Shown here: positions 14,043-20,000 of the stretch, piece after piece
How positions within the stretch are numbered: the stretch's first letter is position 1
Layout: each line of letters opens with the position of its first letter
DNA from: an uncultured virus (IMG/VR IMGVR_UViG_3300020499_000002)
Taxonomy: Duplodnaviria > Heunggongvirae > Uroviricota > Caudoviricetes
DNA length: 20,000 bases
Strand: one strand, 5' to 3'
Virus record (IMG/VR): IMGVR_UViG_3300020499_000002
Notes under the pieces: model-generated
Databases searched by the model: none
Told to the model about the DNA's origin: nothing
Seen by the model: only the letters and a program-made list of their open reading frames with translations
Program-made: the position numbers and the translations under genes

Positions 14043-15675
14043 ATTGACTGGCGGTTATAAGGGTAATGTTCTATTAAAGAAAACTAATCAGAACATTGAA
14101 TGGACTCCGGAATTAGTCCAGGAGTATGTTAAGTGTCAACAAGATCCTATCTATTTTACTGAAAATTATATGAAGATCATCTCAATTAACGAGGGTCTTA
14201 CAAGTTTTAAAATGTATGATTATCAGAAGGATATGGTTAGATCTTTCAAAGATAATCGTTATTCTATAGTCACAACTGCTCGTCAGGCTGGTAAATCAAC
14301 AACAACTTGCGCATTCATCCTTTGGTATATCATTTTCCATCCTGATAAAACTGTCGCTCTTTTGGCGAATAAAGGCGATACGGCTCGAGAAATTCTAGGT
14401 CGAGTTCAGCTCGCCTATCAACATCTACCTAAATGGCTACAGCAGGGTGTGGTTGAATGGAACAAAGGTTCGTTTGTTCTAGAAAACAATTCTCGTGTTT
14501 TGGCAGCGGCAACTTCAGCCAGCGCCATCCGTGGTTATACTATCAACCTTCTATTCATCGACGAAGCAGCGTTCATTGAAAATTGGGACGAATTTTTCAC
14601 ATCGGTTTATCCTACTATCTCATCAGGTTCAGAATCAAAGATTATTCTAGTTTCTACCCCTAATGGTCTAAATCATTTCCACGCTACTTGGGCTAATGCT
14701 CAAAAAGGTCAAAATGGTTATCATCCTATTCTTGTTCACTGGACTAGTGTTCCAGGTAGAGATGAAAAATGGAAATCTGAAACCATAGCAGGTATGAACT
14801 TCGACCTAGAGAAGTTTGATCAGGAATACAATTGTGAGTTCTTGGGGTCATCAGGAACACTTATTGCTGGTTGGAAACTCAAAGAACTGGTTTCTAGTAA
14901 CCCTATCTTACAAAAAGATGGTTTGACTCAATTCAAGCCAGTAGAACCGAATCATGTATATATGATGGTATGCGACGTTTCTAGAGGCAAAGGATTAGAC
15001 TATTCAGCGTTTCAGCTTATAGATGTTACAAATATGCCTTACCAACAGGTCGGAGTTTATAGAAATAATGCTATCACTCCTTTAGATTATGCTGATATTA
15101 TTCATAGAACTGCTAAGGCATATAATAACGCCTCTGTGTTGGTTGAAGTAAATGATATTGGCGAACAAGTTTCAACTTCATTAAACTATGATTTTGGTTA
15201 TGAGAATGTTCTTTTTACTGAGAATGCAGGAAGATCTGGTAAAAGGATCACAACTGGATTTGGTGGAGGGAGCGTTGATAAAGGTATCCGTACCACTAAA
15301 ATCGTCAAATCTATAGGTTGTTCTATATTAAAGCTACTTATAGAACAGAATCAATTAATCGTTAACGATATAAACACGATTAGCGAGTTAGGAACCTTTT
15401 CTAAAAAAGGAACTTCGTATGAAGCCGAGCCAGGGAAACACGACGATTTGGTAATGTGTTTGGTTCTATTTGCTTGGCTTTCAGACCAACAATATTTTAA
15501 AGATTATACTAATATTAATACTCTTATGTCACTGAGAGACAAAACTGAAGATGATATGGAGCAAGATTTGGCCCCATTCGGCTTTGTAGATTCTGGGAGA
15601 GATGATTTCGTTGAGGAAGAATATGAAAGATTTGTAGGCGACTCTTGGATGTGGAATCATCCGCAAGACTTCTAA
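14035..15675 (+). CDS. gp17: Terminase large subunit, T4 gp17-like
   Basis: Walker A ARQAGKSTT, Walker B LLFIDEAAFI, coupling motif VSTPNGLNHF, nuclease motifs DVSRGKGLDYS and HDDLVM. Uninterrupted ORF. Confidence 0.97.
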   Translation: MNELTGGYKGNVLLKKTNQNIEWTPELVQEYVKCQQDPIYFTENYMKIISINEGLTSFKMYDYQKDMVRSFKDNRYSIVTTARQAGKSTTTCAFILWYIIFHPDKTVALLANKGDTAREILGRVQLAYQHLPKWLQQGVVEWNKGSFVLENNSRVLAAATSASAIRGYTINLLFIDEAAFIENWDEFFTSVYPTISSGSESKIILVSTPNGLNHFHATWANAQKGQNGYHPILVHWTSVPGRDEKWKSETIAGMNFDLEKFDQEYNCEFLGSSGTLIAGWKLKELVSSNPILQKDGLTQFKPVEPNHVYMMVCDVSRGKGLDYSAFQLIDVTNMPYQQVGVYRNNAITPLDYADIIHRTAKAYNNASVLVEVNDIGEQVSTSLNYDFGYENVLFTENAGRSGKRITTGFGGGSVDKGIRTTKIVKSIGCSILKLLIEQNQLIVNDINTISELGTFSKKGTSYEAEPGKHDDLVMCLVLFAWLSDQQYFKDYTNINTLMSLRDKTEDDMEQDLAPFGFVDSGRDDFVEEEYERFVGDSWMWNHPQDF

Positions 15676-15687
15676 AAAAGCCCTTTT

Positions 15688-15695
15688 TATAAATA
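15688..15695 (+). promoter_or_regulatory. T4-type late promoter (TATAAATA) upstream of the tail sheath gene
   Basis: Perfect consensus in the gp17-gp18 intergenic region; SD GGGAG at about 15728-15732. Confidence 0.8.
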
Positions 15696-15741
15696 CAAAA
15701 AACAAATATACGAATGTTCTCGTAATAGGGAGAAAATAAAA

Positions 15742-18348
15742 ATGGCTTTTCAACTATCACCTGGTGTTAATGTATCTGAGATCGACCTTACAACAGTGGT
15801 TCCTTCAGTTGCCACAACTGATGGCGCCTTTGCTGGCGTTTTTCGTTGGGGTCCAATCGGAGAAAGAGTTTTAATCGACTCTGAAAATGCGCTAGTTACT
15901 CGATTTGGTAAACCAACCAATTTTAACGGCGAAACATTTTTCACAGCGGCGAACTTTCTATCATATACTAATCGCCTTTGGGTTTCACGTGCTGCTGATG
16001 TAACCGGAGCCACTCCTGTAGTTTCTGGTAACACTGATGGCGCTAATAATGTTGTTTTGATTGCCGATACATCTAACATTTTAGTAGGAATGTATCTTAC
16101 TCAATGTTCAAATGCTAGCATTACTTTTGGTAATAGCTCAGTAAACACTGCAGTGCTTTCAACAATTTCAGTACTTTCTAAGAACTCATCTTCAGTAACC
16201 CTTTCAAGCAATGTAACTGCTACACAGAATGGCGTAAGTTTCTACTTTGCTCATCCAGCTTCAGCTTATACTGCTGTAGCTCTAGAGCCAGGTTCTTCAG
16301 CAATGGGCGCTAATGGGTTTGTTGCTAACCTAGTAAATCAGGTAGTCAAAAACGACAATGATTATGCTGATAAAGATGGCAACTTTGATCCAGACGTTAT
16401 TTACGTTGCAAGATTCCCAGGCGACATGGGTAATTCTCTAAGAGTTGGAATTTGCGACACAGCAGAGAGCTTCAATTCAACAATCGCTCTAACTGGCGCT
16501 AATGTTGCTGGTAGTGGCGTAACTGCTAATGCTCGTATTGAATTCCGCCTTGGTTCAAACGTAGCAACTATTAAGTTTGCTGGCACTACAAATGCTGCAG
16601 CAAACAGTGTTGCAACTAAGTTGGCAAACGGCGATCAAGTTCTTGCTGGTAATAGTTCAATCAATCAGCAATATTTGATGGTTCAGTCAGTATCAGTAGG
16701 AAGTAATGCAAGTTTCATTAATACTTCAACTATTGGTTTCAGTGGCTTGGATGTATCAAATACTTCTAACTTCATTACTATTGCAAGTAATCCATACTCA
16801 AACGGCGATATTGTTAACTATTCTAACACAGCTGGAAACAGTCAAATTACCGGTCTAACACAGGGTATTAACTACCATGTAATTCAGGCTAATTCTTCTG
16901 GATTAAAACTATCGCTAACACCATTTGGCGATGAAATTGATCTAACTACTACTTCTGGTGCAAATTCAACTCTAGTGGCAAACACCACTGTAGTCAGAAT
17001 TAATCTTGAAGATTCTTACAGACTAAGAACTGATTTTGTCAGCAATACTATTGATCGTTATTGGGAATTCTTCAATGTCGTAGACGTTGCACCAGGTCAG
17101 TCTGATTTCGTACTAGCCAATGGTAACACTTCTGCACAAGACGAACTTCACGTCGTAGTTGTTGATGATGGTGGAAAATTCTCAGGAACACCAGGAACAA
17201 TTCTTGAGGTTTATAGAGGTCTATCACGTGCTACTGATGGCAAGAATAATGATGGAACTGGTAATTACTACAAAGACGTAATTAATCAGAATTCTAATTA
17301 TATTCGTTGGGCTAATGACCGTAGTATTGCTCCTTCTGCATCAGCACTAAATGTAGTTTCTTCATCAGCTACTGCTCCTGCTAATATAACCCTTGCTCAT
17401 GGAGCTGACGGTCTTAATGAATCATCAGCAACAATTGCTATCCTAGGTTCAGCTTATGATCTATTCCAGTCAGCCGAGGATATCGATATTTCTCTAGTTA
17501 TCCAAGGAAAGCCTATTGGCGGAACTACTGCAGTAGGTGGAAGAACAGTCAATAATTTCCAGTTGGCTAATTATCTAATCGATAACATAGTCAATTCTAG
17601 AAGAGATTGTGTGGTTCTAGTATCTCCTGATCGTTCAACAGTCCTTAATAACGTCGGCGACGAAGCTGTGGATCTTAAAGCATGGAGAGGATCTCTTAAT
17701 AGTTCTTCATACGCTATCATGGATTCAGGTTATAAGTATCAATATGATCGTTATAATGACGTTTATCGTTGGGTTCCACTAAACGGTGACATTGCTGGTA
17801 TCTGCGCAAGAACAGATACTACTAATGACGCTTGGTGGTCGCCAGCTGGTTTCAACCGTGGTCAAATTAAGAATCTAGTAAAACTAGCATTCAATCCACG
17901 CAAAGCAGAGCGCGACATTCTTTATAGTAACGGTATCAATCCTGTTGTAACATTCCCAGGTCAGGGAACTGTTCTATATGGAGATAAAACCCTACAGGAC
18001 AAGCCATCTGCCTTTGATCGTATCAATGTTCGCAGATTGTTTATTGTTCTTGAAAAGGCAATTGCTACTGCAGCTAAGTATCAGTTGTTCGAATTCAACG
18101 ATGCTTTCACAAGAGCACAGTTTAGAAACCTTGTAACACCATATCTACGCACTATTAAAGGTCGTCGTGGTATTACTGATTTCTATGTTGTATGTGATGA
18201 TACAAACAACACTCCACAAATTATTGACAGCAATCAGTTTGTTGGAGACATCTATATTAAACCTGCTAGAAGCATTAACTTTATCCAGCTTAACTTCGTT
18301 GCTGTTCCAACTGGTGTTCAGTTCTCTGAAGTTATCGGTAAGTTTTAA
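15742..18348 (+). CDS. gp18: Contractile tail sheath protein, T4 gp18-like, with inserted domains (868 aa)
   Basis: SPGVNVSEIDLT, F.WGP, WWSPAGFNRG, INPVVTFPGQG..LYGDKT, AFDRINVRRLF and IYIKPARSINFIQLNFVA motifs. Confidence 0.97.
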   Translation: MAFQLSPGVNVSEIDLTTVVPSVATTDGAFAGVFRWGPIGERVLIDSENALVTRFGKPTNFNGETFFTAANFLSYTNRLWVSRAADVTGATPVVSGNTDGANNVVLIADTSNILVGMYLTQCSNASITFGNSSVNTAVLSTISVLSKNSSSVTLSSNVTATQNGVSFYFAHPASAYTAVALEPGSSAMGANGFVANLVNQVVKNDNDYADKDGNFDPDVIYVARFPGDMGNSLRVGICDTAESFNSTIALTGANVAGSGVTANARIEFRLGSNVATIKFAGTTNAAANSVATKLANGDQVLAGNSSINQQYLMVQSVSVGSNASFINTSTIGFSGLDVSNTSNFITIASNPYSNGDIVNYSNTAGNSQITGLTQGINYHVIQANSSGLKLSLTPFGDEIDLTTTSGANSTLVANTTVVRINLEDSYRLRTDFVSNTIDRYWEFFNVVDVAPGQSDFVLANGNTSAQDELHVVVVDDGGKFSGTPGTILEVYRGLSRATDGKNNDGTGNYYKDVINQNSNYIRWANDRSIAPSASALNVVSSSATAPANITLAHGADGLNESSATIAILGSAYDLFQSAEDIDISLVIQGKPIGGTTAVGGRTVNNFQLANYLIDNIVNSRRDCVVLVSPDRSTVLNNVGDEAVDLKAWRGSLNSSSYAIMDSGYKYQYDRYNDVYRWVPLNGDIAGICARTDTTNDAWWSPAGFNRGQIKNLVKLAFNPRKAERDILYSNGINPVVTFPGQGTVLYGDKTLQDKPSAFDRINVRRLFIVLEKAIATAAKYQLFEFNDAFTRAQFRNLVTPYLRTIKGRRGITDFYVVCDDTNNTPQIIDSNQFVGDIYIKPARSINFIQLNFVAVPTGVQFSEVIGKF

Positions 18349-18354
18349 TAAATA
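18347..18354 (+). promoter_or_regulatory. Possible late promoter (AATAAATA) upstream of the tail tube gene
   Basis: 7/8 match to TATAAATA, about 26 nt before ATG 18381; SD AGGAG at 18368-18372. Confidence 0.5.
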
Positions 18355-18380
18355 GATAAAATATTCTAGGAGTAAAATAG

Positions 18381-18992
18381 ATGGCTTTTAATATTAACTC
18401 TTTTAAAGTAAATGGACTACCATGGGGGGGCGCTCGCCCCTCCCTCTTCCAAGTCCAAATAACACCGCCTCCTACTCTACCATTGAATCCTGAAGCATTT
18501 AAAAAGCTAGTTTTCACTTGTAGAGCAGCAGAGCTACCAGAGTCAACAATTTCTCAGATTGAAGTTCCATATTTCGGTCGTAGAATTAAGTTGGCTGGCG
18601 AAAGATCTTTTGCTGATTGGTCAATTACAGTAATGAACGATGAAGATTTCTCTGTACGTTCAATGTTTGAAGCATGGCAGAATGCTATCAATACGATGCA
18701 GACAAATATTCGTCTACCAGAAGCTGCTTTTGAACAATATAAAGCATTCGCTGTTGACGTTACACAGTTTGCTAAGGATGGCGAAGTACTTCGTGTTTAT
18801 CAGCTAATTGGTGCATTCCCAACTCAGCTTAGTGGCATTACACTAGGATGGGATTCGCAGAACGCTGTTGAAGAGTTTACTGTAAACTTTGCTTACGATT
18901 ACTGGCTACCAGTAATTGAAGACACTTCAGTCAAGACAGCTGGTAAAGTCACACCATATCTCGCTCAAACTGATATCGGACCAATAGTCTAA
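18381..18992 (+). CDS. gp19: Tail tube protein, T4 gp19-like
   Basis: GGARPSLFQV, CRAAELPES, VPYFGRRIKLAGERSFADWSITVMNDEDF and EEFTVNFAYDYW motifs. Confidence 0.95.
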   Translation: MAFNINSFKVNGLPWGGARPSLFQVQITPPPTLPLNPEAFKKLVFTCRAAELPESTISQIEVPYFGRRIKLAGERSFADWSITVMNDEDFSVRSMFEAWQNAINTMQTNIRLPEAAFEQYKAFAVDVTQFAKDGEVLRVYQLIGAFPTQLSGITLGWDSQNAVEEFTVNFAYDYWLPVIEDTSVKTAGKVTPYLAQTDIGPIV

Positions 18993-19011
18993 ATAAACTA
19001 AACTATGTGAA

Positions 19012-19039
19012 TGGAGGGAGTTAACTCCCTCCAACTTTT
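19012..19039 (+). terminator. Stem-loop / probable intrinsic terminator between gp19 and gp20
   Basis: TGGAGGGAG-TTAA-CTCCCTCCA is a perfect inverted repeat (19012-19033), followed by ACTTTT. Confidence 0.65.
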
Positions 19040-19049
19040 GGAGAAATAA

Positions 19050-20000
19050 ATGGCAGAATTATTCGGTTTCGAATTCAGAAAAAAAAGACCAGACCCAGAG
19101 CTACCGTCGTTCGCTCCACCAAAGGACTCGGACGATGGTGCTGTTGTCGTATCAGCAGGTGGTGCTTTTGGCACTTATGTTGATCTTGATGGTACAGTAA
19201 GATCTGAAGCAGAACTAGTTACAAAATATCGTGAGATGTCATTACAACCAGAATGTGATGCAGCTGTTGATGAAATTGTCAATGAGTCTATTTCAATTGA
19301 TGAAGAACATATTGTTCAAATTAATCTAGAACAATTAAACGTCAAAGACAATATTAAAAAAATCATTAGAGACGAGTTTCAGCATTGTTTGAACCTTTTA
19401 GGTTTCAACAAATATGCATATGAAATTTATAGACGCTGGTATATTGATGGTCGTTTATATTATCATGTTATTATTGATGACAATAATCCATCAGCTGGTA
19501 TCAAAGAAGTTCGTTACGTTGATCCAAGAAAGATCCGTAAAGTCCGCGAAGTTCAAAAGAAAAAAATTCAAGCCAACAATCCAGGCGATGCAATTGTTAC
19601 CAAAACAGTTAATGAATATTTTATCTTTAACGACAAAGGTTTCAATTTCGGTAATAAAGCAGTCGGTCCATCAACTACTGGTTTAAAGATTGCTAAAGAT
19701 TCTATTCTACATGTTGTGTCAGGTCTAACAGACAATCAAGGCACAATGGTTCTTTCCTATCTGCATAAAGCTATTAAACCGCTAAACCAGTTGCGCACCC
19801 TGGAAGACGCCTTAGTGATTTATCGCCTTGCTCGTGCGCCCGAAAGACGTATTTGGTATATCGATGTTGGTAATCTGCCTAAGATGAAGGCAGAGCAGTA
19901 CGTTCGTGATATTATGGTTAAGCATAAAAACAGATTAATCTATGACGCCCAGACAGGCGACATTAGAGATGACCGCAAATTCATGACGATGCTAGAGGAT
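19050..20000 (+). CDS. gp20: Portal vertex protein, T4 gp20-like (5' part; runs off the window and is absent from the ORF track)
   Basis: ATG 19050 after SD GGAG. Translates MAELFGFEFRKK...YREMSLQPECDAAVDEIVNE...RRWYIDGRLYYH...SYLHKAIKPLNQLRTLEDALVIYRLARAPERRIWYIDVGNLPKMKAEQY, the hallmark gp20 motifs. Confidence 0.96.
   Translation, partial: MAELFGFEFRKKRPDPELPSFAPPKDSDDGAVVVSAGGAFGTYVDLDGTVRSEAELVTKYREMSLQPECDAAVDEIVNESISIDEEHIVQINLEQLNVKDNIKKIIRDEFQHCLNLLGFNKYAYEIYRRWYIDGRLYYHVIIDDNNPSAGIKEVRYVDPRKIRKVREVQKKKIQANNPGDAIVTKTVNEYFIFNDKGFNFGNKAVGPSTTGLKIAKDSILHVVSGLTDNQGTMVLSYLHKAIKPLNQLRTLEDALVIYRLARAPERRIWYIDVGNLPKMKAEQYVRDIMVKHKNRLIYDAQTGDIRDDRKFMTMLED

Noticed and set aside
15675..15688. 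AAAAAG-CC-CTTTTT inverted repeat after gp17 as a terminator
   Set aside because: The stem is almost all A-T and too weak to call.
18424..18446. G7 run and GC-rich patch in gp19 as a phase-variation or frameshift site
   Set aside because: It encodes W plus the conserved GGARP motif in an intact frame; nothing else supports slippage.
10200..19686. Small ORFs 10200-10442, 13276-13470, 15524-15760, 15529-15753, 15750-16079, 16401-16586, 18167-18355, 18332-18517 and 19414-19686
   Set aside because: They overlap well-supported genes in other frames or strands; 19414-19686 lies within gp20.
14035..20000. Intron, intein or homing endonuclease in terminase, sheath or portal
   Set aside because: The ORFs are continuous, gp17 is of normal length, and the sheath inserts show no splicing or endonuclease motifs.
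1..20000. Stop-codon reassignment
   Set aside because: Core genes are full-length and tightly packed under the standard code.

Overview
AT-rich segment of a large T4-like (myovirus) bacteriophage genome. The right half (11310-20000) is the canonical T4-type morphogenesis block gp13-gp14-gp15-gp16-gp17-gp18-gp19-gp20 (partial), all on the + strand, with TATAAATA-type late-promoter motifs. The left half is an accessory region. It starts with the 3' end of an RCC1-repeat protein, then three glycosyltransferase-like genes (TPR+GT9-like and two GT-A/GT2-like) and an FkbM methyltransferase on +. Next is an oppositely oriented four-gene nucleotide-heptose operon on - (hldE-like, cupin, mini-HAD phosphatase, hldD-like). 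It ends with a modular repeat tail fibre carrying an S74 chaperone, a glycine-rich gp38-like adhesin and two small ORFs. The most interesting hypothesis is a phage-encoded virion glycosylation (heptosylation) system acting on Asn/Ser/Thr-rich, N-X-S/T-rich fibre and sheath surface domains, possibly with a cupin standing in for GmhA. All assignments come from motif recognition by eye; no searches were run.
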